From Cyanophora paradoxa CCMP329 (taxonomy: Eukaryota; Plantae; Glaucophyta): a DNA stretch of 64,000 nucleotides. The notes below the pieces were generated by a model, which worked only from the letters and a program-made list of their open reading frames with translations, had not been told where the DNA came from and made no database searches. Positions 36,201 to 47,821 of the stretch are shown one piece after another. Numbering within the stretch: position 1 is the first letter of the stretch; every line of letters starts with the position of its first letter. The stretch covers positions 124,001 to 188,000 of the forward strand of contig QPMI01000044.1 of NCBI GenBank assembly GCA_004431415.1, in the 5' to 3' direction. The position numbers and the translations under genes are program-made.

Positions 36201-39200
36201 GGCGTCGCGAAGCCGCAGCTTCAGGCGGCGCGTCGTGACCACCGTGTAGGCCGCGAAGCCCGCCCCCTCCTCATCCGCGGCCATGGGCGAGTAGGCCTCC
36301 GGCCTGCGCCACCCTCGCGATCAGCGTCCCGAGCGGCCCGTTCCCCGCAAGAAACTCACCGGCTCCTTCCGCGGTTCATGAGAACGAAGGTCGTTCCCGC
36401 CGCGTCGGGCGCCGGGCCGCCGCCGCCCTTCTCCTCCGCATGCGCCGCCGGCGCGGGTGCCGGTGCCCCGCCATTCTCCAAGCTCGCTCGTGGCGGCTGG
36501 GGGCGGCCGACGGCTTCGAATCCAAGGCCGTGACCAGTGGCCACTGACGGCGCCGGCTGGGCGGCCGGAGCCGGCGACTCGGACGGCGCCGCCGATCCCT
36601 CGCACTGCGGCGCTGCTGCGGTGCACGAGCGGACGAGGATGCGGCCGTGGACGCGGGGCGACCCCCGCGCCTTCACTCGCAATTCGAAGAGCCGCCCTTC
36701 GTGCAGGTGCTGTCGGCGGCCCCTCCGCGTGAGGCGCGCGCCGCAGGCCATGGTCGGCGCGGCGGGGCGCGCGGCGGACCGAGGAGGCACGAATGGCGAA
36801 GCTCTCGCGGGAGAGGCCGGTTTCGTCGAGGGTGAGGTGGCAGGCGCGGCAGCGGCTGCCCTCGCGATCGCCAGCCCCCTCGAAGAAGACTAGCGGCAGA
36901 TCCGCCGGGTCGCCCGTCCCCGCCGGCCCCGACGCGTGCTGCACCGGCGCCCCGCCCACTGCGCCCGGCCCCGCGTCAGCCCGCGCAGCGCAGCGCGGAG
37001 TGGGGCGGGGTAGGGACGAGCCCTCGTATCGGAGCGAAACGGTGAGGATCCGGCCGGCCCAGAGGCCCGCGGCTTCTGAGGCGTCGCGCAGCTGCAGCTT
37101 GAAGCGGCGCGTAGTGATCGCGGTGTATGCGGCGAATCCCGGCCCCTCCTCGTCCGCCGCCAGAGGAGAGTACGCCGCTTTGAAGTGCGGCATCAGTATT
37201 CTTCTCATGAGAATAAAGGTCGTTTCCGCCGCGCCAGACCGTGGGCCCGCGTCCCCCTCCTTCGAAGGGGGCGGCAGAGGGGCCGCACGCGCGTCTGCTG
37301 GAAGAGGGGGTGAAAAATGCGCCGAGGGGCTTATGCGGGCACGGGATGGCTCTCACCGGACAAAGCAGCGGCTGAAGCGGGCGCCAGGGTGGCGGCAGAA
37401 GGAACAGGACGCGTCTGCTGAGCGGACGCTGCTGGAACGGTCGGGGCGGGGCCGGCATCGGCACTGACCGGCCGGCTGCGCATGCAACAGGAAGGCGATA
37501 ATGGGGACGCGGTGAGGGCGGAGAGGGACGGCGCTGGACGGTCGGGGCACGAAGCCGAAGGAGGGAGCCAGGACGGGGATGGGCGACGGCTCCGGTCGAC
37601 GCTGGCCAACTCCGGCCACGGGCCCTCGGGCAGCCCCGCATCGAGGCTCCAAGAAAGTGCGGGAGGGGAGGCGGCGGGCGAGGCGGAGGAGGCCGCAGCT
37701 TCGTACGAGGAGGAGGCGGGGGCGGGCAGACGGAGCGTGGCGCCGCCGGTCGATCGCAAGGAGGGCGCCGCCGGTCGATTGCGAGGAGCGCGCGGGGCGG
37801 GGCCGGCGCCGGCGCTGAGAGTGAGAGGCGGGCCGAGGCTAGCGGCCGGGGCCTGCGTGGGACTGGAGGGCGCTGCAGCTTCTTGCCCCGTGAGAGGAGC
37901 GACGCTGAGTGGTACGCGGGGTGGCTGGCTCGGGGAAGGGGGCTCCGCCGCGGAGCCGCCGCGGTCGACGGCACGGGCCGCGGCCTCCGTTCCTCCGGAG
38001 GGCTCGCGGCCCGCTGGTGGGCCGGGGCCCGGGCTCCGCGGCGACTGAACGATCGGGGGCGGCGGAGAGGTCGATCGCGCGCCTTTCGGGGGTTCCGTCA
38101 GGAGCGGCAAAGTCAAAGGACGAGCAAACGCTCACCCGCCGCGAAGTCGGGCGCGGACGTCGACGTCGGGTGGGCGGTGGCGGCGGGCGGCGCCTTGGCC
38201 GCTGCCGGCGGCAGGGCGGCTGCCCCCGCTCCCGGCGGCCCGGCTGCCTTGACTGACGAGCGCCTAGGCCTGCGGCGGGGCGGCCGCGTGGATGAGAGCT
38301 CTTCGTCCATCTCCTCTTCCGCTACCGGCGGCGGCGCCGCCGCCGCCGCGGGCCGCTGGTGTACCCGTCTGGGCGCTGATAGTTTCAATCCCCCGAGCCT
38401 CCCGATCGCAAATCGTCGGGGATCCGGGGGCGCCGGCGCCCCCCGCGGCGCCTCTCCTCCTCCTCCTCCTCCGCCGCCCCGGTCGCCCTCCGACTCCCCG
38501 CCGCTCCCGCCCGGAGGCGGCGCCTCCGCCGCGCGCCTCCGCTTCGTTCCCAGTCCGGCCCGGCCCGCCGGCGGTGCCCCCAGAGCCGCCGCCACCACCG
38601 AGATATACGCCCTCGCGGCCGCAGAGGTGCGCCGACGCTCCCGCACGAACGGCTGGCTGCTGGCGGCTGGCGACGCCTCGGCGGCTTCGGGGGGCAAGGC
38701 TCGGAGGGGCCGTCGGGGGGCGGCGCGGGGAAGGGGTACGGGCGAGGCCCGCAACTCTCCCGCGCGCCGCGGCGCCCTGTGCGACTGCACAGGAGCGGAG
38801 GCGTCAGACCGGCTCGGCGACCTGTGAGGGAACCGGGGTCAGAGATCGGAGGGCGCGCGTAAACGTGTTTGGGAGGGGTATCGGACTTCTCGTAAACGTC
38901 GTACTCCTTCAGGAAGAACTCGATGCGCCTGTAGCCCTCCTCGCTCCGGGCCTCGGGGCCGTCGCGATCCGTGTACCCCACCCGCTCGCCCGCGCTCGGC
39001 CCGAACAGCGCGCCCCACCAGCGCTCCGACTCGTAGCCTGCCCCGCGGCGGCGTGAGGGGCGCGAGGGAAGGGCGGGAGGCGACGTACGGGATCGAGCTT
39101 CAGGGACGATCAAGGGGGCTCCCGGCCCGCAGCATATGAGGTTGAGCCGATCGAGGTTCCGAGCCGCCTTCTCCTTGGAGTCCGCTAGCGGCGTGCTATA

Positions 39201-39392
39201 CTGCGGGATGGGAAGATAGCCAGTCAGAGGCGGTGGAGACGGATCCGGGGAGGGGATGTGTGAGAGAGAAGAGAGACCTTCTTGTTAGAGCTCCACAAAA
39301 AGTGCGATCGCCAGCGTGGCGCGGCGCTAAGTCGCCTCTTGTCTACGTACAAGAACACCCCGGGGTAACGGGAAGCCCGGGACTCGCGCCCC

Positions 39393-39433
<41 letters not shown>

Positions 39434-40171
39434 ACCACCACCACCGCCGCCGCCGCCGCCGCCGACGCCGCCGCCGCTGCTGCTGCTGCTTCCGCCATCG
39501 CCGCTGCCGCCACCGCCACTGCTAGTGTTGCCGCCACCGCCGCCGCAGTCCAGACCGCCGCTGCCAGAGGGGTCTCGAGTCGCGGGCCCCGCCGGTACGC
39601 ACTCGAACTCTGCCGCGCCGCCGCGGCCGTTTCCGCAGCTGCTACTGCTGCTGCCGCCGCCGCTGCTAACGCCGAATGGCCCTTCAGTTGCGGGCCCCGC
39701 CGGCGTGCGATCGAATCCAGCCGCGCCGCTACCGCCGCAGGTGCTGGAGGGCGGCTCGAGTCCGCCGATCGCGTCCTCATCCGCCCCCACGTAGTCTACT
39801 AGAATGTCGACGTCCTCCCCCTCTGACCACAAGGCCTCCGGGTGCTCAGGATCGGGGGCCCCGCTGTCCGGGATATCGATGGATGCAAAGCTCGAGGCGC
39901 CAGCTGCAGCGATCGGCCCGCTCCGCTGCCCCAGCGCCATTGGCGCCACATCTCCCGGTCCTGCGTCGACAAAGATGAGTCGGGGCGATGAAAACACACA
40001 CGAGCTCATGAGGCGTGCACGTGGCGAGCGAGGCGAGGGGCGCGACGAAAGCGGCAGCGCACCGCGTTCGGTTCGTCGAAGCTTGGATGACCGCATAGGC
40101 ACGCGAGGACTCGAGGACTCGGCGTGCGCTCGGTGTACGGCTCCTTGTTCCGAAGCGGGAAACGAACGCAC
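33226..40171 (-). CDS. Family copy 4: AP2-like + two tandem STAT-like/CudA-like modules + unknown C-terminal domain (5' end approximate)
   Basis: SRYPGVFLYVDKRR..PRWRSHFLWS|YSTPLADSKEKAARNLDRLNLICCGPGA (39095-39375). Modules lie at 36625-37230 and 35755-36400, followed by YVAALWASMGPAVLGIG..WADDMLRPGCPFDPELELLITCA and an end at VRALLFN..PQRS*. Confidence 0.7.
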
Positions 40172-40859
40172 CAGGCTGCATCTGCCGCCGAGCGCCCCAG
40201 CCGTGCCTCTTTGCGCCGCTGACGCCGCTGGAGTGCCCGCCGGCCTCTGTCGAACGGTGAACCTGCAAGAGGGGTACGCGAGCGGTTACCCGCAGCCGGC
40301 CGGCTTCGCACTAGCAGAGCGCGCGCCTCCCCCAGGCGCTTCGGAGCGCGCAAAGCACCTACCAGGACAGAACCCGCAAGTCAAACCCACGTTCGCTCGG
40401 CGCGAGCACGTGCCGCGTTGGGCACCGGCGTCGCTGTCAGCGGTCTCGCATCCCATCTGCGCCACCTTAAGGCGCTGGATGACTTCCATTGGCCCAACAG
40501 CGCCAGCACCGCTCATTCGATCCGCATTCATTGGATCTCTTTCTTCTCGAGCAGTCTCGTCGGCTGCGGCATGACAGACTCTGCAAGAGCAGCTGCGAAT
40601 CGTTAGCCAGGACATCATGCGTCAGCTGGCGGCGAGGCGAGCCCGCAGCGCTCTACGGACGCTGCAGTCTCGATTGGGCTGAAGTCCAGGGGTCGTTTCC
40701 CGTTTTGGAACGAGCGTCCGAGCGCACGCTTTGATGGAAGAGTCCTCGCCGACGCCGATGCGGCCGGCCAAGCTTCAACGAGCCGAACGCGGTGCGCTGC
40801 CGCCGCGCGCCTCGCCTCGCCTCCCACCGCATGCTCGTGCGCATTCCTCATCTCTGTCG

Positions 40860-42380
40860 GCGTAGGACCGGGAGGTTTGGCGGAAACGGCGCGGGAGCAG
40901 CAGATCGGGCCGATCGCTGGCGCTTCCATCTTGGACACCGGGGCCCCCGACCCTGAGCGCCCGGAGGCCTTGTGGTCAGAAGGAGAGGACGTAGACATTC
41001 TAGGGGACGACGAGGAGCCGGATGAGGAGGCGAGCGGCGGGTTCGAGCCACTCTCCAGCAGCAGCGGCGGCTGCAGCCGCAGCGCCGCGGCGGAGCCCGC
41101 GACTGGAGGCTCGTCCGGCGGCGGCAGCAGCGGCGGCGGCGGAGGCGGCGGCGGCGGCGGCGGCGGCGCGGGTTGCGAGCCCCCGGCGTGCCGTCGGTCC
41201 CGGTACCCCGGGGTGAGCCTTTACGTGGATGAGAGGCGACCGGGCGCCGAGCCGCGATGGCGGTCCAACTTCTGCTGGAGCCGAAAGTTCAAACCGCACT
41301 TGTCGGCGCGCCCGTTCCCGGCCCCGCCCCCGTCCCTTCGCGCGGCCTCTGACGGATCCACTTCTCTTCACGCAGCTGAGCACGCCGCTAGCGGACTCGG
41401 AGGATAAGGCGGCCCGGAACCTCGACCGGCTCAACCTCATCTGCTTGGGGCCGGGTGCCTGCCGGCTCGTCCCCGAAGCCTGTGCGCCGGCCCCTCCCTT
41501 CCCAGCTAGCCCGCGCCGCTCACGCCGCCCCGGGGCAGGCTACGAGTCGGAGCGCTGGTGGGGCGCGCTGTACGGGCCGAGCGCGAGCGAGCGGGTGGGG
41601 TACACGGATCCCGACGGCCCCACGGCCCGGAGCGCGGAAGGGTACAAGCGCTTCAAGAGCTTTTTGAAGAAGTATAGCGTCCTTCAGAGGTTCGTTAGCC
41701 TACCCCTGCTAACTCCTGCTACCCCCCCTTCCCCCCCCCGCTTCCCCCGCCGACTCCCCTCCCACTCCCCCCGCTACTCCCTCCCCCTCCCCCCCAACCC
41801 CTCCGCACCCCCCCCCACCCCCCCGCCCCCCCCACCCCACCCCAACCACTACCCAACCACTACCCCCCTCCCCCCCAGCCCCCGCTACCCCCCCCCCCCC
41901 CCCCACACACTACTCCCTCCCCCTCCCCACCCGGGCCCTTGCCAGTTCCCAGAGCCTTGACGACCTGTATCCCCGCAGGTTGCCCAACGCCTCCGTCCCG
42001 ACGGTGATCCGAAGGCCGCCGCAGCCGTGGCCGGCCGAGGAACCTGCGGCCCGAGTCCGACCGGAGGCGAAGCGAAGCGGCGGCGCGCGGCGGAGGCGGC
42101 GCCTCCGGCGGGAGCGGCGGCGGCGGCGGCGCAGCGGGCGGCGGTAGCGGCGCAGAGGCCCCGCGGGAGGCGCCGCCGGCGCCGTCGGTGGTGGTGGCAG
42201 CCGGAGGCTCGGCCGCGGCGGAGGCGCCACGGGCCTTGCCCGTACCCCTCCCCGCGCCGCCCCCGACCGCCCCTCCAAGCCTCGGCCCCCGCAGCCGCCA
42301 AGCCGCCGCCGGCCCACAGCCTCCAGACGTTCGTCTTCGTACCCCGGCGCGCCTCGACGGCCGCGAGGGTGCGCATCGCC

Positions 42381-42420
<40 letters not shown>

Positions 42421-45400
42421 ACCGGGCCGGAGGCGAAGCAAAGCGGAGACGCTCGGAGGGCGGCGGAGAGGCGCCCGGGCGCACACAGGAGCGGACGGGC
42501 GGCCAGGAGCCCTCGCCCGTCGAGGAGGAGGAGGCGGCGGCGGCCGGGAGCGGCGCGAGCGGCGAGGAGGATGACGACGAGGAAGAGATCCGCTCTCCGC
42601 GGCCGCCCCGCCGCAGGCGCCGCGTCGTCAAGGACGATGAGGACGAGGGGGGCGGCGAGGCGGCGGTGCGCGGCGCCTGCCCGACGGAGGCCGGCGACCC
42701 GCGACAGGCCCCGTCGCTTCCGCCCTCCGGTGCCCCTCCGCTGCGCTCTCTCGCGCGCGCTCGCCCCTCCTTTCGGTCGCATCTGACCGGCGTTTTTGTT
42801 CCCGCGCAGGGATCGAACCGGGGACGGCGCCGGCGGGGGCGGAGATTAAGGCGGAGCCGCGGCCCGCGTCTCCCGCCTGGACCTGGTTGAACGTTCCGCC
42901 GTTCGCACTCGCCGGCTCTGCTGATCCGTTCACATCCGAACTCGCGGCGGGTGAGGTTCCCGCGCGCCCTCTGCCTTGTCGCCCTTCGCCTCTGCTGACA
43001 GGGTCCCACCAGACGCGCGAACGGCCCCTCCGCCGCATCCGATCGCGAAGGCGCCGCGGAGCCCCAGCCCATCGGCGGGTCGCGAGCCCTCCGCAGTTGC
43101 GGCCGGCGACAGCGACCGCCGCAGCTACGCAGCAGAGCCTCTTCTTCTGAGTGGGCGGCCGCCCTGCATTGCCCTTACCATAAAGCGAGAATCTGCAGCG
43201 GCAGCGCCCGCCAATCCTTCCCAGCGGGACCCGGCCGCTAGCCTCTGCAGCTGCCCGCCTTCAACGTTTGGCCCGCCCTCGGCCTCTGAGCAAGCCGATC
43301 CCCAGCGGGGACCGGCTGCCAGCCTTGGAGAAGCTCCGCCCGGCGAGCGGCAGGAGAGTTCCGATCCCGGCTCTGCTCCGCCCGCTGCGGCAGAGCTCGG
43401 CCCGCTCCGTCTCGCCCCGGCGGGCGCCGTCCCCAAACCTGACCCCGCCCCCGCCCCCGCCTCCTTCTCCTCCTTGTCGTCCTCCAAGGCATCCGCCCCT
43501 CCCTCGCCTCCCTTCGGCCTCGCGGCAGCAGCAGTAGCCGCAGCAGCGGCGCCGGCGGCGCCGGCGGGGCACGCGCCATCGCTCTGCGCCACTCGGCTGT
43601 CCCCGCAGGCGTGCTCGGAGGACCACGGGGCGTCCGTGCCCGCCCTGAAGGCGGCGGCGGCGCCCGGACCTGTCGGCGGCAGCGCGTGCGCGGCGGCGCC
43701 GGCCGTGCAGGGCGACTTCTTCGCCCTGCACGCGCTGGGGGCAGCAGTGGTGGCGCCCGCTCCTGTCACGATCGGCGGCGGCGCGTGTGCGGCGGCGCCC
43801 GCCGTGCGAGGCGACTCCTCGCCCTCCGACGCCGCCACGGCCTCCCCTCCGTCCTGGCTCCCCCCTCTGCCGGCTTGGACCAGAACCGTCAGCAAAGGCC
43901 TAGGGCCCGCTGGCGGCGCGGCCGACGACGTGGGGCCGGCGGTCCCTCCCCCAGTCCCCTCCAACTCCACTGGCCTCCCAGGAGCCCGACCAGCAGCAGC
44001 CGATCGCGAGGCCCCCCGCACTTCTTCCCCCCCCGGTCGGCCTCCCGTACCCGCCCTCTCCGCGACTTTTTGCTAAGTTTTGCTGATTGGGGTTTTCGTC
44101 CACAGCGATGCCGGGCCAGCGGCGTTCGCGGTCGGAGTCGCCGGCGGCGGCGGCCGCGACGCCACCCGCGGCCGCTGGCACGGCCGGGCCCACACGTGGC
44201 GATCGCGAGGCATCCGCGGCGCCGGCGCCTGTCACCGTTCAAGGCGCCGTCAACCCCTCGAGGTCCCATCTCAGCCCCGATGCCGGTCGGTCTCCCGCGC
44301 CCGCCCCCCTTGGACGTGATTGCTTTGCTGATCAGGCCTTCGTCATCAGGAGAGAGGGCGACGTGCCTGGAGCCGCTGGCGGGCACGGGGGCGGGAGAAG
44401 CGCCAGCGTCCGGCGAGGCCTCTCTCAACAATGGCGGCGTGGCGCCTCTGCGATCGGCTCCCCCACCGCCCAGCGCCGGCACCGGCGTGTCTCCGAGCCT
44501 GCCGCCCGGCGCGCCCTCGCATCGAGCGGAGCCGCAGCAGCCGGGTCCTCGACCGTCCGGCGCCGGCGCTTCAGTTCCGACTCCGCCGCCGCGGCCGCCG
44601 CCGCTGTCGCTGCCCATGCAACGCGGGCTTGTCGCGAGCTCAAGCTCCAGCGGCAGTACGGGCGCGGCCTCGCAGCTGAACCCGGCGCCTCGAACCGTCC
44701 AAGCCGAGACTATGGGCCTGAAGCTCCCGAGGCAGCTTCCCCCCCACGCGGCGGTGCCCTCAGGCGATCCAGCGCAGCCTGCCCGCGGGCCGCTGGCTCC
44801 GCCTCAGGGTCCGGCAGTGCAGCCCGGGGCTCAGCCGGCGGCTCCGGTGTGGGGGCCTCAGCCGCAGCACGCAGCGCTGCCGACGGCTCCGGCCTGGAAG
44901 CCTCAACCACTCCCCGCGGCGCCGCCGACGGCTCCGGCGCGGGGGCCTCAGCCGCAGTCCGCATTTCAGCCGACGGCTCCGGCCTGGAAGATTCAGCTAT
45001 TACCCGCGGCGCCGCTGACAGCTCCGGCGCCGGGGCCTCAGCCCCAACCCGCAGCTCAGCCGGCGGCTCCGGTGTGGGGGCCTCAGCCGCAGCCCGCAGC
45101 GCCGCCGACGGCTCCGGCCTGGAAGCCTCAGCCACTCCCCGCGGCGCCGCCGACGGCTCCGGCGCGGGGGCCTCAGCCGCAGTCCGCGGTTCAGCCGACG
45201 GCTCCGGCGCCCGGGCCTCAGCCACAACCCGCGATTCTGACGACGGCTCCGGCGCCCGGGCCTCAGCCTCAGCCCGCGGTTGTGCTGACGGCTCCGGCGC
45301 CGGGGCCTCAGCCTCAACCCACGGTTCTGACGACGGCTCCGGCGCCCGGGCCTCAGCCTCAGCCCGCGGTTGTGCCGACGGCTCCGGCGCCGGGGCCTCA

Positions 45401-46750
45401 GCCTCAGCCCGCGGTTCGGCCGACAGCTCCGGCGCCGGGGCCTCAGCCGGTGCAGCCTAGCTCGAGCTTTAGCCTTGGGTCGCATGGCCCGCTGCAAGCC
45501 GCCGTGCTGGACCCTGCGGAATGGCAGAACCGGCTGCGCGAGCTTGTGCTTGCTCACCTGGGGGCTGGAGCCACGGCTCCGCCGGAGACGTTCCTGGCGC
45601 TGCAGCTCTCGCCCGCGGAGGCGGCGAGCGCGTTTGCTGCGCTGGTCAGGGGGCAGCAGCAGGACGCGCAGCAGCAGGACGCGCGCGGGGTCCGTCTCTA
45701 CGTCGCGGCCCTTTGGGCCAGCATGGGCCCCGAGGTGCTGGGCATCGGCCGGCCGAGGCCGCCCCGCTCCTCGCAAGACGCCGGGGCGTGGTCAGACGAT
45801 CGCGAGATGCTGCGGCCGGGATGCCCCCTCGATCCGGATCTCGAGCTCCTGATCACGTGCGCCTCACGTTTAGTCGAAGTTCGAGTTCTTGTGCCATCCG
45901 ATGATCGTAGCTGACTCGCGGCTTGGCCCTTTCTTTAGTGGTGACCGGGAATTCTTCTTTGCGACGGTCCAGAGCCTGCGCCCGCTCCCGGGCCTGTCCC
46001 CCGCACTGGAGCGGGCCGTCGTTCTTCAGGTCTCGAGTATCTACAAGCACAGCCCCGCCGGTGCGCCGTGCCCCCTTCACAGTTATTCCGCGCTTAGCTC
46101 TGCCCGCGGCCGGCGCAGCGTCGGCGCGCGACGTGCTTCGGGAGGTTCTGCGTAACCAGATCTTCGCTCACGTTGCTCGCCTCCCGAATGCCGAGCAGTT
46201 CATTGACGCGCTGCTGCGGGTGCGCTTTATATGTTTCAAGTGGTTTAACCTGCGCATGCTGGCGCCGGAGCCGGCTCTGGCTTCCGGTGCTCGATAATAA
46301 TTCAGATTCGATTAGTTCAATGCATACTTATGCGTTTTTCTAGAGTCTGTTGCATTCGTACATATTTTTGACAACAGCCACCCGCTCCGCGCCTACCGGA
46401 TACTGGGATGCTGACTGCAGGAGTCAATGCATATATACTTAAGAATTTGCAAATTTGCAGCGATCCGCATCATTATCCTCTGCTGATCATGCGCCTTCGA
46501 TGCAGGATCTGAGATCAGTCCTGCCCCCGGGTACAACCCGCGAACGACTTGAGCTGAGACTGCTCATCGAGGGCCTGGTGCGCTTCGAATCCCGGGCGCG
46601 CCCCTTTCCGCTCCAGGACTCGAGCTGGCGTGGCAGGGAGGTCCCGCGGGCGTCCTGGCGCTCCGGGACTCCGCGCCGGCGCTGCTGAAGCAAGTGCTCA
46701 GCTTCGTGTTCACCATCCGCGCCCTCCGCTTCAGCTCGCCTTCAGGATGA
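40860..46750 (+). CDS. Family copy 5: AP2-like + Pro/Gln repeats + unknown C-terminal domain; no STAT-like/CudA-like module (5' end approximate)
   Basis: SRYPGVSLYVDERR..PRWRSNFCWS|LSTPLADSEDKAARNLDRLNLICLGPGA (41195-41480), GYESERWWGALYGP, YVAALWASMGPEVLGIG, ARDVLREVLRNQIFAH, QDLRSVLPPGTTRE, and an end at FTIRALRFSSPSG*. Confidence 0.7.
44820..45450 (+). repeat. Coding minisatellite, 45-bp unit (PTAPAPGPQPQPAVx), about 14 copies
   Basis: CGGCTCCGG..GCCTCAGCC repeats with a 45-bp period; same unit family as 26690-26980. Confidence 0.92.
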
Positions 46751-47821
46751 CTGTGCTTGAGCGCTCGCGTTAATGATGATCAGTGCGCGTCGCTTAAATT
46801 GAAGTTATTCGCCTCCGAATTTTCCCGTTCTTGTTCTTCTTCTTTCTCTGTGGAGTATTTTCGCTGTAAATCTAGATTCGTGTTAGCCTTTCATCACGAT
46901 CTTTCTCTTATGTATGGGGCGATGGTCGTTTTTCTTCTGTTCTAGCTACAGCCCTATCGCGCTTACAGATATGGGCAGGACTGGGTGTGAGTTACATCCT
47001 TTACAGATCCTCTCTTCCAAGTGCATAAAATTAGTGTTGGCCACGAGGCCGTTTTAACGAAATTGTCTGATAGCCGTTTCATTCGAAAGCTTCACCTAGC
47101 TGCAGTGCATGATCATGATCATGAGTAATTATGTAATTAATCGTATCATGATCATTGGCTACAATCGGTTGCAATTGATAATGCGCGGCATCTGCATGCG
47201 CAGCCGGTGACTCTGTGATATCCATATCGATCATGATCATGAAGCCGAGTCGCCGAGTCCGGCCTCCTAGGGCCTCGCGAGTCGCGATCGATATCGGCCT
47301 CGAGCTCCGGCCTCGAGTCAGGATTGATCGCGATATATATAATATATCTCAGTTTACAAGTCAAGTCCCCCCCCCCCCCCCCCCCACTTCACGATTGGCC
47401 CTCAAGGCTTCAATTCTCGAGCTCAGGCTAAGGACTGCGATATTTTAATACGAAGGGAATGGTACGAATATTGACCGTGAATTCTTATAAAATGCAACGT
47501 GGCACTACAGTTACATTAACATCGAGCTCGATCGCGAGTACAATTGCAAGTGCTGCCAACCGGTTACTGTACACTACAATTATTACCGCGAGCATGGTGC
47601 ACAGAAAGCCTGCTGTGACTGCAAAATTAAACTACACTAGTACTGATGCGGGTGATCTGAGATTGCTGCCTGGATGTTATTATGTGCACGGGACAGGAGA
47701 TTGAGAATTTCTGAAGCTTAAACGAAGAAAGTTACCAAAAAAGCAGAGCATAACATAATAATGCCGCGACTTGGCGAAATGCTGGACATCGGTATACATC
47801 TCTGAATTCCGAAGAAATTCT

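Noticed and set aside
41700-41940. Poly-Pro coding stretch or G-quadruplex element (also G/C runs at ~3995, 11042, 21078, 30200, 32620)
   Set aside because: These irregular C-rich tracts lie mostly at intron positions or look like low-quality consensus, so lengths and frames cannot be trusted.
3850-46750. The five paralogs as transposons (AP2 domains also occur on integrases and HNH endonucleases)
   Set aside because: No terminal inverted repeats, target-site duplications, or DDE/HNH/tyrosine-recombinase/RT motifs were found, and the genes are intron-rich. Not fully excluded without a genome-wide search.
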